Shown: piece by piece, positions 23,936-35,879 of the stretch
Layout of the letters: each line of letters starts with the position of its first letter
How positions within the stretch are numbered: the stretch's first letter is position 1
DNA from: Macrostomum lignano
Lineage: Eukaryota
Length of the DNA stretch: 64,000 nucleotides
Direction of reading: 5' to 3'
Assembly (NCBI GenBank): GCA_002269645.1
Contig: NIVC01000177.1
Coordinates: 62,001 to 126,000, forward strand
Program-made: the position numbers and the translations under genes
Notes under the pieces: model-generated
Database searches by the model: none
What the model was told of the DNA's origin: nothing
Seen by the model: only the letters and a program-made list of their open reading frames with translations

Positions 23936-26900
23936 TCAGAACTGGCAATAGGGCCCTTGAATTTTGAGGTACTGAATCACCAGAGACGGTCCGCCAGCCA
24001 CAATTTCGGCCGGTATATGCGACAGCGGACAATTCTCAATGCTCATAATTTGCAGACTTTGACAGGAGGCCAACTCCACTGGCAGATTGTGCAAATTCAC
24101 GTTGTCATTAAGGTAAAGCGACTCTAATTTGGCCAGACTGCCAATCTCGGTTGGCAGGGAGTGCAGATCATTCTCACCGATGGCCAGATAGACTAAATTA
24201 GATAGCATGCCGATAGCCCTAGGCAGGTACTGCAGCCTGTTGCTCTGAACAATCAAGCGTTGCAAAGATTTCACGTAGCCAATCTCGGACGGTAGGGCCT
24301 CCAGCTGGTTCTCCTCGAGGTCCAGCACTCTGAGCTTGGCCAAATTGCGAATTGTCGATGGCAGGCGCTTCAGCTGATTGTTACTCAGTACAAGGACTTC
24401 TAGTTGCACCAGTTTTTCAACATCCTCGGGCAGTCGGGCCAGCTGGTTGGTGCCCAGGTTGAGCTCCACCTGAATCGCATTTAGGCAGTGTATAATAAAA
24501 GCTGGGACTAACGGTAAACTAAACCATGCCAGCCTCAGATCTAAACCACGCCAGCCTCAGATCTAAACCATGCCAGCCTCAGATCTAAACCAGTGCTACC
24601 CTCAGGTCTAAACCATGCCAGCCTCAGATCTAAACCATGCCAGCCTCAGATCTAAACCATGCCAGCCTCAGATCTAAACCATGCGAGCCTCAGATCTAAA
24701 CCATGCCAGCCTCAGATCTAAACCAGTGCTACCCTCAGGTCTAAACCATGCCAGCCTCAGATCTAAACCATGCCAGCCTCAGATCTAAACCATGCCAGCC
24801 TCAGATCTAAACCATGCCAGCCTCAGATCTAAACCAGTGCTACCCTCAGGTCTAAACCATGCCAGCCTCAGATCTAAACCATGCCAGCCTCAGATCTAAA
24901 CCATGCCAGCCTCAGATCTAAACCATGCCAGCCTCGGATCTAAACCAGTGCCAGCCTCAGATCTAAACCAGTGCTAGCTTCAGATCTAAACCAGTGCCAA
25001 CCTCAGATCTAAACCAGTGCTAGCCTCAGATCTAAACCAGTGCCAACCTCAGATCTAAACCAGTGCTATTCTACATCTCAACTATGCAATGCGGCAATGT
25101 AAATTCACGCACCAAAGATGTCCAGCTGCTGAAATCGGGCGGCAGAGCTGTCAGCAAATTGTCACGCATGTTCAGCTTAGTGAGGCTGGCAGCCCGGCTG
25201 AAGATGCCAAACGGAATCTTGTTAACCTGGTTGTGGTCCAGGTTGAGCGTCTGCACCGAGATGAACTGCTGTGGCCCGCCGCCTGGAAATGCTTTAAAGT
25301 AGTTTCTAGACAGGGTGATGCTGGTCAGACGGTTGAGGTTCATCAACACGCTGTCTGGCAGAGTTTCCAAATTGTTGCCTTCAAGATTGAATTCGTCTAA
25401 TAGGCCGCAGTTGGCTAACGATTTGGGCACCTGCTTCAGGTGGTTGTATCTGCGTGTTGGGAAATGCGAATGAATAGCAATGGAAAATTGCAGTTGCAAC
25501 TAAAATATTGTAAATTAATTCAACTCTAGCGCCGTAATATTAATAATAACTGATTACAACTGCCCTAATGGGCAGATGTGCAACCGACAGCTCAGCCGGC
25601 TATTGCGCGGCGCATCTAAAGACTGCGTACGGCTGTTCAATCCAAGGACTGGGGGGTCGCCACACACACCCTCAATTACCCCAGCTAATGTTGGCACCCA
25701 TTTTACAGCTGGGTGAGCTGAAGCAATGCAGAGTTAAGTGTCTTGCTCAAGGACACAAATTGTTCCGGGTGGGTCGAGAATCGAACCCTGGACCTTTAAG
25801 TCGTGAGTCCCGACACTCTAAGGCTGCAACCCCTCCGCCGTAACTAAGGCGAATTGGCTTTGCTATGTTCCATTTCTAGATCGTAACTAAGGAAAACTGT
25901 CGTTGCCATGCGCTCAGGAAATTCTTCCCATTCCGCTGACTCCTGAGCACATACAAGCACGCCAATACTGTACTCAGGCACGCACTCATGCACGCTCACA
26001 CAGGGTGTACAGCGAGCCCTGGCTTTCTAATCGTCCGGCATGTACACTCTCTGTGACGAATGCGGCCGCGCACGGAATCGAACCAGGGGTCGCGGCCCGA
26101 GAGTCAGACGGGTTTGCCGCTAAGTTGCACTACTAATAGTACAGGATAGAATACCCGTAACAAAGGTAAACAGCTGTTGCTAGGGCCTCAATAATAATGT
26201 AGATAAGAAAGTCAATTGGACATACAGTTGCTAAGATCCATAATGAATGCTCTAACAAATGAGTTTAGCCGGCAACTCACCTCAGGCCGAGGTGCTGCAA
26301 ACTGCGCAGACAGCCAATAGACTCGGGCAGAGATTTGAGCTCATTATGCTGCAAATTAAGCGTAGTCAGCTGCAGACACAGGCCAATATTATCCGGCAGT
26401 TCCACTAAATTATTATGGGACACGTCCAATGTGACCAACTCCTGCAGCGAGTCCAGAGCCGGCAGAGATCTAATTTTATTCTCGCGCAGGCTAAGTATCT
26501 GCAGCTTAGTCAGCTGTCTAAGATCGTCTTCAACTTCTCGAATTCTATTGAATCGCAGTAGCAGGTGTGTGAGGCTGGTCAGCTTGAATATGACTGGCGG
26601 AATCTCGCACAGTTTATTGTGCCGCACGTCTAATAGGCGGAGACGGCTGCAGCTGGCCAGGGTGTCCGGCAGATTGGTTAGCGAGTTCTCCTGCGCCAAT
26701 GCCGATTTTTTAGGTGTTGAAGTAGTTTGCTACTATGAGTAGTAGTGTAGCGCGACTATGCGCACGTAAATGAGAAAACGGTGCATCTGCTCTAGGAAAG
26801 CTAGCCAAATTTCGATTCTGATGCTCAACCCGCTAACCCCTGAGGATGTACACACTCACAAAGGATGTACAGCGACCCAGACCTAATTGTCATGCATGTA

Positions 26901-28844
26901 CACTTGTTGCCTTGGGGAATGGGCGAGAATTGCACAGAAAATGCAAATTAGACCTATTTGTAGGTACTTTATTGTCTGCGACTCAAAACTGACTCTGGGG
27001 CAACTCTAGTGACTCTGGGGCAACTCTACTGACTCTGAGGCAACTCTAGTGACTCTGGGGCAACTCTACTGACTCTGAGGCAACTCTAGTGACTCTGGGG
27101 CAACTCTACTGACTCTGAGGCAACTCTACTGACTCTGGGGCAACTCTACTGACTCTGGGGCAACTCTACTGACTCTGGGGCAACTCTAGTGACTCTGGGG
27201 CAACTCTAGTGACTCTGAGGCAACTCTAGTGACTCTGGGGCAACTCTACTGACTCTGAGGCAACTCTAGTGACTCTGGGGCAACTCTACTGACTCTGAGG
27301 CAACTCTACTGACTCTGGGGCAACTCTACTGACTCTGGGGCAACTCTACTGACTCTGGGGCAACTCTAGTGACTCTGGGGCAACTCTACTGACTCTGGGG
27401 CAACTCTACTGACTCTGGGGCAACTCTACTGACTCTGAGGCAACTCTAGTGACTCTGGGGCAACTCTACTGACTCTGGGGCAACTCTATTGACTCTGAGG
27501 CAACTCTAGTGACTCTGGGGCAACTCTACTGACTCTGAGGCAACTCTAATGACTCTGGGGCAACTCTAGTGACTCTGGGGCAACTCTACTGACTCTGGGG
27601 CAACTCTACTGACTCTGGGGCAACTCTAGTGACTCTGGGGCAACTCTAGTGACTCTGGGGCAACTCTAGTGACTCTGGGGCAACTCTAGTGACTCTTGGG
27701 CAACTCTACTGACTCTAGGGCAACTCTACTGACTCTGGGGCAACTCTAGTGACTCTGGGGCAACTCTAGTGACTCTGGGGCAACTCTAGTGACTCTGGGG
27801 CAACTCTACTGAGGGTTATTTTAAATGCGAAATGCGATTCTAATTCGTTAAGTGACGCAGATGCGCTTTAGACGCAACTCAGTGGTTCTACAGCAATTCT
27901 AGCACGCCTCAGATTCGACTCTACGGCTCCAGAGCCAGTAGATTTGCCCCAGAGTCACTAGAGTTGCCCCAGAGTCACTAGAGTTGCCTCAGAGTCACTA
28001 GAGTTGCCCCAGAGTCAGTAGAGTTGCCCCAGAGTCAGTAGATTTGCCCCAGAGTCAGTAGAGTTGCCTCAGAGTCAGTAGAGTTGCCCCAGAGTCCGTC
28101 GCATTGCAGCCGTTAAAAAGTCACAAGAGTCGCCCAAGGTCGCTAGTGAATTGTTTGCAATGACTCCTTTAGCGGCAACCAGTAGAGCTGCTCTGCTACC
28201 CAATTCAAATTCATAAATAGGCATAAACAATGCTACAGCACTTAAAGAGCAAATAAGATAGCATGTTAGCATTGACACTGACTGCAATAACTCACCTGCA
28301 GCATGAGAATCTCCAAGCCGAACAGGTGACCTATTTCCATAGGCAGACTGACCAGCTTATTAGAATAGAGGTACAGCTCGGTCAGGTTGGCGGCCAGGTC
28401 CTTGATGCAGCCCGGCAGAGCGGCAATCTGGCACTTGCTTAGGTCTAGCCGGCTGTCATTGTCCTCGCGGCATCGTTGAATCTCTTTCACGGCATCCTGA
28501 TCGGTTTTCTTGCTCTTCTTGACCGGCACTGGGCCGCACATGACCGCCTTGACCTCGCCGGGCCGCTGCACCGTCACTTTGGTCTTCTTGGGATCTGGCG
28601 AACTGCCGCTGCACATTGAAGACTTTTTTGTTATGCTAAGCTGATCGAAATCTTGCATCAGGGCGTGCGTGTCCTCCACGGCGAACGGGCTGGTGCACTG
28701 GCTGCGGGACGGGTCCTCCGGCGAGCCGAGGGAAGCAGCTTCATCGCCTTGATTAGCTGCTGCGGCGGCTGCGGCGGCGGCTGCTGCGGCTGCGGCGGCC
28801 GAAACTGCGGAGCCAGATGATGCACCGGGGCCGCCGGTGGCCAT
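23936..28844 (-). CDS. SHOC2: Leucine-rich repeat protein SHOC2/Sur-8 (RAS-RAF scaffold), 609 aa
   Basis: Exons (minus): 28844-28296, 26690-26281, 25449-25113, 24469-23936; GT-AG, phases 0/2/0, total 1830 nt. Hallmarks: [63 protein letters not shown]|[10 protein letters not shown], and C-terminal [36 protein letters not shown]. Confidence 0.95.
24520..25068. repeat. 22-23 bp minisatellite (CTAAACCATGCCAGCCTCAGAT)n filling SHOC2 intron 3
   Basis: Visible period with a recurring 23-bp variant CTAAACCAGTGCTACCCTCAGGT. Confidence 0.95.
25538..25835 (-). mobile_element. CORE-type SINE, third copy (SHOC2 intron 2)
   Basis: Colinear with the 14876-15185 copy. B box GGTTCGATTCTC, A box partly deleted, (ATT) tail, direct repeat CGCCGTAA at 25530-25537 and 25836-25843 (TSD). 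Confidence 0.85.
25905..26130 (-). mobile_element. Possible second tRNA-headed SINE family
   Basis: Minus strand TAGCGGCAAA...GGTTCGATTCC Pol III-like boxes with a different body. The body (GGTGTACAGCGA..TAAT..GCATGTACACT) recurs at about 26830-26910. Confidence 0.45.
26992..27811. repeat. 20-bp minisatellite (GACTCTGGGGCAACTCTAGT)n, about 41 units, SHOC2 intron 1
   Basis: Visible 20-bp period. The same unit occurs inverted at 27935-28095 and direct at 44698-44862. Confidence 0.96.
27812..28095 (-). mobile_element. Dispersed element: about 125-bp unique module plus 20-bp satellite (inverted copy)
   Basis: 27812-27935 (AGGGTTATTTTAAATGCGAAATGCGA...GATGCGCTTTAGACGCAACTCAGTG...CACGCCTCAGATTCGACTCTACGG) is the reverse complement of 44863-44981. 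Both are attached to the same satellite. Confidence 0.8.
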
Positions 28845-28984
28845 TCTCGCTGCGGAGTAGAGCGGATGTCATCGCATAGTGCACGTGTAATAGGCAAAGA
28901 CTGGGGCTGCTACGGGACCTTTATTGTCATTTAGCACTAGGTATCAAAATTCATTTCTTACATTAACATGACTAATCCGCATCA

Positions 28985-29760
28985 ATATCTAAATCCCATA
29001 TAGCTTAGCAATAGCCGATATCTAAATCCCACATGGCTAACACTAGCCAATATCTAAATCCCACATGGCTAGCAATAGCCAATATCTAAATCCCACATGG
29101 CTAGCAATAGCCAATATCTAAATCCCACATGGCTAACAATAGCCAATATCTAAATCCCACATGGCTAACACTAGTCAATATCTAAATCCCACATGGCTAG
29201 CAATAGCCAATATCTAAATCCCATATGGCTAGCAATAGCAAATATCTAAATCTCATATGGCTAGCAATAGCAAATATCTAAATCCCATATGGCTAGCAAT
29301 AGCAAATATCTAAATCCCATATGGCTAGCAATAGCCAATATCTAAATCCTATATGGCTAGCAATAGGCAATATCTAAATCCCATATGGCTAACACTAGCC
29401 AATATCTAAATCCCACATGGCTAACACTAGCCAATATCTAAATCCCATATGGCTAACACTAGCCAATATCTAAATCCCATATGGCTAACACTAGCCAATA
29501 TCTAAATCCCATATGGCTAACACTAGCCAATATCTAAATCCCACATGGCTAACACTAGCCAATATCTAAATCCCATATGGCTAACACTAGCCAATATCTA
29601 ATCCCATATGGCTAACACTAGCCAATATCTAAATCCCATATGGCTAGCAATAGCCATTATCTAAATCCCACATGGCTAGCAATAGCCAATATCTAAATCC
29701 CACATGGCTAACACTAGCCAATATCTAAATCCCACATGGCTAGCAATAGCCAATATCTAA
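28985..29760. repeat. 32-bp minisatellite (ATCTAAATCCCACATGGCTAGCAATAGCCAAT)n upstream of SHOC2, about 24 units
   Basis: Visible 32-bp period. Confidence 0.95.
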
Positions 29761-30825
29761 ATAAATCGGCAGTAAAAAAGACACCCAATCAAGGAGGACC
29801 TAATCAATAGAATCATGATATATTAAAACAAAGGGCTCCATTGAGAAATCAGCAAAAACCTTCATATAATGAAGATATCTAAATATATAGATTTAATATT
29901 GTGACACAAACCTAATATAAAAAATCACCAATTATAAAAGTACATAATGAACTAAATTCTAGATAGGTACAAAAAATTTAAGCATTATCACATTGCAAGT
30001 GAAGCGGCTAAACCTTCAAAAATAGAAATGTTTATTTACGCGCAGAAATCAATCAGCAAGATTCGAGAACAAGAGCATTTAACCGGATAAATAATGGCAT
30101 ACAAATTATTAATGGAAAAAACCAATTGCATGTAGAAGCGAGAAGAGAACAATAGATATACAGAAGATGTTGCTCTAAATAATTAACTAAACCAAGAGAG
30201 CAAATCAATAACACAGAACAAAGTGTTGGTAGACACCCCAGACAGTGAATGATTAAAAACATCTTTATTAATTAGGCACAAACAAGAGAACGCGATTCTA
30301 AAAACCAGATTAACGCCCTTCCGGCGTACCCTAAGTACACTAATGACTGCTGAGACAGACCCACTTTTAATCAGCGCTAAGCCTAACAAGTAGCTCACAG
30401 TTGCTGGATTAAGCCTGTTGCTACAAAGGCCGTATTGGGCAATGATTCCTTACTGAAAATTTCATTTAAATATAACAGTATTTCATAGATAAAAAGTAAC
30501 ACAAAAGTTGAGCGATTAAAATGCTCATATTGCTCAGAGACGCGAAGAAGAACAAATGTAAATCACAACATTTTGCCCACTCTTAATTATCTTAATAGAC
30601 TTATTGCTAGAGCATGAAAAACAGACATGATCTAAACCATTTTACAATCATAAAGCTGGAAATTTCAAACTTGCCAGTAGATGAAAACTGTTTTGTCATT
30701 TAGTGTAAGTTAATAATTGAATTTTCCGTCTTGTCGCGATTGTCGATAGAGAGAAAGAGAGAAAGGGGGTGTCGCTTTAGCACCCATCACCCTGATAGTT
30801 AGGCTTTTCTCTTGCCCGCTTGTGT

Positions 30826-30977
30826 CTGACTTTGACCTCTCTCCTTACTGTTCTCTTATTGGCTGAGCTAGATTGGACCTGCGATTGGGCCTGCCCCCAG
30901 GCGAGTTTCGTCCGTCTGACTCTGATCTTTCTCCTTACTGCTCTCTCATTGGCTGAGCTAGATTGGGCCTGCCCCCT
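30826..30977. promoter_or_regulatory. 90-bp-offset direct duplication carrying five ATTGG (reverse CCAAT) motifs
   Basis: CTCCTTACTG..ATTGGCTGAGCTAGATTGG at 30841 and 30931; ATTGG at 30858, 30872, 30884, 30948 and 30962. The regulatory role is inference. Confidence 0.3.
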
Positions 30978-31153
30978 ATTAAAGTCTATGGTAATGGGTC
31001 TACCCCCAGATCCTTGCCCTTTACTTCCTCAATTCCCAATGCCCATGCTTTAAGGGTGTTATGATTATCTCTACTATATTTGTAGCAATTCATCGCAGCA
31101 GTCCCTGTTAGGATCAACTTGGAGCGGAGAATACTCTATACTTGTAGCCTGAG

Positions 31154-33966
31154 TTAAGTAGCAGCCGCAGGCGCATACGCCAGATAGGCCTCCAGCTGAA
31201 CAGATTCAATAGCGCGCAGCTGACAGCCGGCCGGCACAAACAACACGTCGCCAACGTTGACAGTCCGCTCGGCCGTTTGTCCGCCGTCGGCCATAGCGGC
31301 GCACAGCCGGCCAGATCCGGCCGTACAGATCAGAATGCCGGGCGACGTGGGTGGCAGCGGCGGGGGAGTCAGCTCTCCTTGGGTGCCAGTGCCACACAGC
31401 CGGACAACGCAGAATTCAGGCACAGGCGGCGCATAAGAGGCGACACCGCTGGCCAAGTCTACTGACTCGAATTTGCACGAGTCAGCTGATCGGCCTTCGT
31501 AATCCAGCATGGACAACAGAGTGTCGACATCCTTGAGCTTGGGAGTCAAGCCGGCGCGTACAACATTGTCCGAGCAGGCCATGCACTCGATGCAGTCGCC
31601 GCTAAGATAGGCATGCGGCAGATTGGCAGCCAGGAAAATCGCTTCGCCCGGCTGCAGTTCGATCAGGTTCATGAAGAACACGGACAGGCAGCCGATGTCG
31701 CCGGGAAAGTCCGCGTGGATCTGTTATTGGCAAAGTTATTTAGATGCTATTCGACCATGAGAATATTTAAGTGCATTATCATTCAACATAAAATTGCAAC
31801 CTAATCATGTGATATGGAATAAATTCTATAACGATTCAGTTAGAGGAATCGCTATCTAAGAGATTGGGAATTGCTATCTAAGAGATGGGAATAGCTATCT
31901 AAGAGATGGGGAATTGCCATCTAAGAGACGGGGGAATCACTATCTAAGAGAAGGGGGAATCGCTATCTGGGGAATCACTATCCAAGAGACGGGGAATCGC
32001 TATCTAAGAGATGGAGAATCGCTATCTAAGATATAAGGGAATCGCTATTTAAGAGATGGGGGAATCGCTATTTAAGAGATTGGGAATCACGATCTTCTTA
32101 TTTTGCTTAATAAGCTTTGCTAATTTGCTAATTTTGCTTAATAATTTTGCTTAATGGGATGGGGAATAAAGCATCAGGTAAAATTCCCGCAGCACCTCGC
32201 GCAGCAGCGGCAGCAGCCGGCACTGGCCATCGTCCAAAGCCAGCAGACTATCGAGGCAGGCTTTCACGGCCGACTCCGGCTGGCGCATCAGGTTGCTGTA
32301 GGCCAGCCGGATCGCCTCCTTGGCTCGGTCGCTGCCAGCAAAGGCGTTGACGGCGCCGCGCAGGGCGGCCAGCCCGTCGGTGCCAACCACCGGACCCAGC
32401 TGATCGGTCAGCTGTTCGCAATAGCCAGCAATTTGGCTGGCCTGACGAAAGCCGCACAGCGCTTTGAATGGAGTCAACGCGATGGCCATCTCCGGCTTGT
32501 GATTGGCGTCCTTGTACACGTCGGGCTGCTGGGCGTGCAGCCGGCCGGCTAGTGCTTTGTCCGGATGGGCCTGAATTGATAGCGGCTTCGCCACGGCCAG
32601 CACTTTGAACAGAAACGGCAGGCCGTCCTTGGCCGCGACGCTGCCGCCGGCTAGTTGCGGATTAGCGGCCAACCAGTCCTGCAGGGAGGTGTCCGGTCGG
32701 TCCAGCAGCTTCGACGGCCCCGAAGGGTGGCAGCCCATCCACAGCTGCGACGGGCGCGGAGATGCTTGAACAATCAGCCAGGTAGTTGAACTGGGTGCAT
32801 CGCCTACCCCAGCACTTGCTAATCCACCACTCCATAACTTGCTAATCCAGTACCCCATCACTTGCTAATCCAGCACCCCATTACTTGCTAATGCTAATCC
32901 AGCACCCCATCCCCATCACTTGCTAATCCAGTACCCCATCACTTGCTAATCCAGTACCCTATGACTTGCTAATCCAGTACCCTATGACTTGCTAATCCAG
33001 TACCCTATGACTTGCTAATCCAGTACCCCATCACTTGCTAATCCAGTACCCTATGACTTGCTAATCCAGTACCCCATTACTTGCTAATCCAGTACCCCAT
33101 CACTTGCTAATCCAGCACTCCATTACTTGCTAATCCAGTACCCCATCACTTGCTAATCCAGTACCCCATCACTTGCTAATCCAGTACCCCATCACTTGCT
33201 AATCCAGCACCCCATCCCCATCACTTGCTAATCCAGTACCCCATTACTTGCTAATCCAGCACCCCATCCCCATCACTTGCTAATCCAGTACCCCATTACT
33301 TGCTAATCCAGTACCGCATCACTTGCTAATCCAGTACTCCATCACTTGCTAATCCAGTACCCCATTACTTGCTAATCCAGTACCCCATTACTTGCTAATC
33401 CAGTACCCCATTACTTGCTAATCCAGCACCCCATCCCCATCACTTGCTAATCCAGTACCCCATTACTTGCTAATCCAGCACCCCATCCCCATCACTTGCT
33501 AATCCAGTACCCCATTACTTGCTAATCCAGCACCCCATCCCCATCACTTGCTAATCCAGTACCGCATCACTTGCTAATCCAGTACTCCATCACTTGCTAA
33601 TCCAGTACCCCATTACTTGCTAATCCAGTACCCCATTACTTGCTAATCCAGTACCCCATTACTTGCTAATCCAGCACCCCATCCCCATCACTTGCTAATC
33701 CAGTACCGCATCACTTGCTAATCCAGTACTCCATCACTTGCTAATCCAGTACCCCATTACTTGCTAATCCAGTACCCTAAGACTTGCTAAGTTGCTATGG
33801 TTTGATAACATGCAAACAATAAAAAAATTACCTCAGCAAATGGCTTGCTGATATCACTGTCTTGAAAAGTGTACTGACCAGACTGTTTTAACAGGCTGAA
33901 TACTTTGCTGTCAGTACCAATTTTACCCCAGGCATAGTTCTGGTAGGCGCACTTCAGTGGCTGCAT
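31154..33966 (-). CDS. MPI: Mannose-6-phosphate isomerase (type I PMI), 416 aa
   Basis: Exons (minus): 33966-33832, 32744-32196, 31720-31154; phase-0 GT-AG, total 1251 nt. Motifs: YQNYAWGKIG, PFAE|LWMGCHP, LPFLFKVLAVAKPLSIQAHPDK, YKDANHKPEMAIALTPF, FPGDIGC, HAYLSGDCIECMACSDNVVRAGLTPK. Confidence 0.96.
31845..32090. repeat. About 22-bp minisatellite (GGGAATCGCTATCTAAGAGAT-G)n in MPI intron 2
   Basis: Visible degenerate period. Confidence 0.88.
32815..33790. repeat. 23-bp minisatellite (ACTTGCTAATCCAGTACCCCATC)n filling MPI intron 1
   Basis: Visible period with 28-bp variants (extra CCCAT). Confidence 0.96.
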
Positions 33967-34329
33967 TTTGGCTAAGTGTGTATAGCTGTAGGATAGGATT
34001 AAACTGAAGTGTCTTGCAACATGCATAAAAACAAATCATCAATTTTATCGGTGGTAAGCTGGATTACCCTTTCTATTTTTTAGATAGTCACATGGTAAAA
34101 ACTTTGCAATTATGATATAAGATTTAGTTGTCAATTATAATGTGAAAACTCAAATTGATTTGATTTAGAATTAAATACACTAAGACTATAAGTCTTGCAC
34201 TACCATAAGATTTTTTATACTTATATAAAGTCGCAGTTGGAAGCAACCTACCATTGAAACCGCAGTAAGAGTACAGTGCAGCAAAGCAGATAATGGTCAT
34301 TTTATCACAAAATCTAGTTATCTAGTGAC

Positions 34330-34745
34330 TATGCCACTTGTGCAGCAGTGCAATCACTGGCAACTGGTATACCAACTGCTACCTACTAGAATTGCCAAGT
34401 GCTTTCTCTAGTTACTACCCCAGAACTCAAGCTCAAGGGTGTGCTTCTTCATCACAACAATGCCCCTACCTACAAGTCTAGGCAAGTAGTCGAATTCTTA
34501 GCTAGAGAACACATTCTAAAAACTTAGCAATCTACCTTATATTATTGACCTAGCCCTGTATTGCATTTCTACAAATCAAGCAGAAGATGCATGATATTTG
34601 CTACACATCAAGCTGCAGTCAAAGCCTTTTTGGATATGCCAAGGAAGTGCCATATTTGGATTGGTGGTCCAGCTGCTTCAATAAGTGGTTTTGAGAGGAT
34701 GCAACAATTCAGACTCTGCTAGAAAGTATTTTCAAAAATCTAAGT
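34330..34745 (+). pseudogene. Decayed mariner transposase, C-terminal half
   Basis: Frameshifted translation TITGNWYTNCYL..GVLLHHNNAPTYKSRQVVEFLARE..DLAL..AAVKAF resembles the mariner LHDNA..H and YSPDLAP region. Confidence 0.7.
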
Positions 34746-35879
34746 TATCATAAGCCAATCCTATAGTCAGGAGTCAGATTTATATTTTTTAGAGAATTTT
34801 TGAGAATTGTAGAGGATAGGTGCAACTCAGGTCAGTGATAAGTAATTTTTGTAATAAATATTTTGGTGGCAAAAAAGATTCAATATATGGTAATTTTGAG
34901 TAAAAGGAAATTATATAGTTTTAAACAAATGTTTTAATGAATATAAAATTATTTACATAGTTTAAATTTCAATTTTCATTGAAATATCAATATATTTAGG
35001 AAAAAATTCAATGGATATGTTTTATTCTTATGTATATTATTTGAATTTATCCTGGAATATTCCTATTCTAGTTCTAGTTTCTAATTAAAGATATGATTTA
35101 TATAGTAAAATATTTTAAGTATTAAATAATAGTCAAAGTGACTGTTACTAAAATGTATGATTTTGAAGTAATCATAATCTTTTAGGAACAAGATATCTAT
35201 CAAAATTATTGGCATAGATAACAGAGCAAGATATCTATAATTTATATAATATAACTAATACATTAACAAATACATAATGACAAAGACAAAGAGAAGACAA
35301 AGATGCAAAAAAGGAACGAAAGTATGTTAGACAAGAATTTATAATATTGCAACTATAATTTGTTTATAATTTTGCAGCACATTAATATAAATCATGGTTT
35401 TAGAACCGGGGAAAATCCCATAATAGAAGCTTAAATCCAAGTCATTTTTTCTGACACTTCATTTAATAAGAACATAAACGTAACTAAAAATTTACAATGT
35501 TTCATTATTTTTTTTAAAAGTGATTTGCTTTAGCTTATGATTGCATGAATTGCCTATTAAGTACTAGATTTTATCCAAAGTTTCAGATTGAGTAGCTACA
35601 TAACTAATTATTCTAAGAAGGCTATAATTAATTATTTAATGGCTAATAGAAAAAGCAATGAAGACTACAATTAAAAAGAGAAACAAAGGTAGAAAAAGCC
35701 CTAAAATAGCACTAGCCGAAGAAAATTTTTCTACTTATACTTTATTGCCTATATATATGATTATGAGCATCCCTGCTAATTCTTTCTATTTTCTAATCTT
35801 TTGTACATTTTTGCTATCTTTGCTATTGATTTTTCTTTTTTATAATATTAATATTATTTATATAATCCAAGATGGAATC

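Noticed and set aside
30040-30450. Possible Penelope/LINE endonuclease relic
   Set aside because: Only vague resemblance, with stops in all frames and no diagnostic GIY-YIG or YxDD motif.
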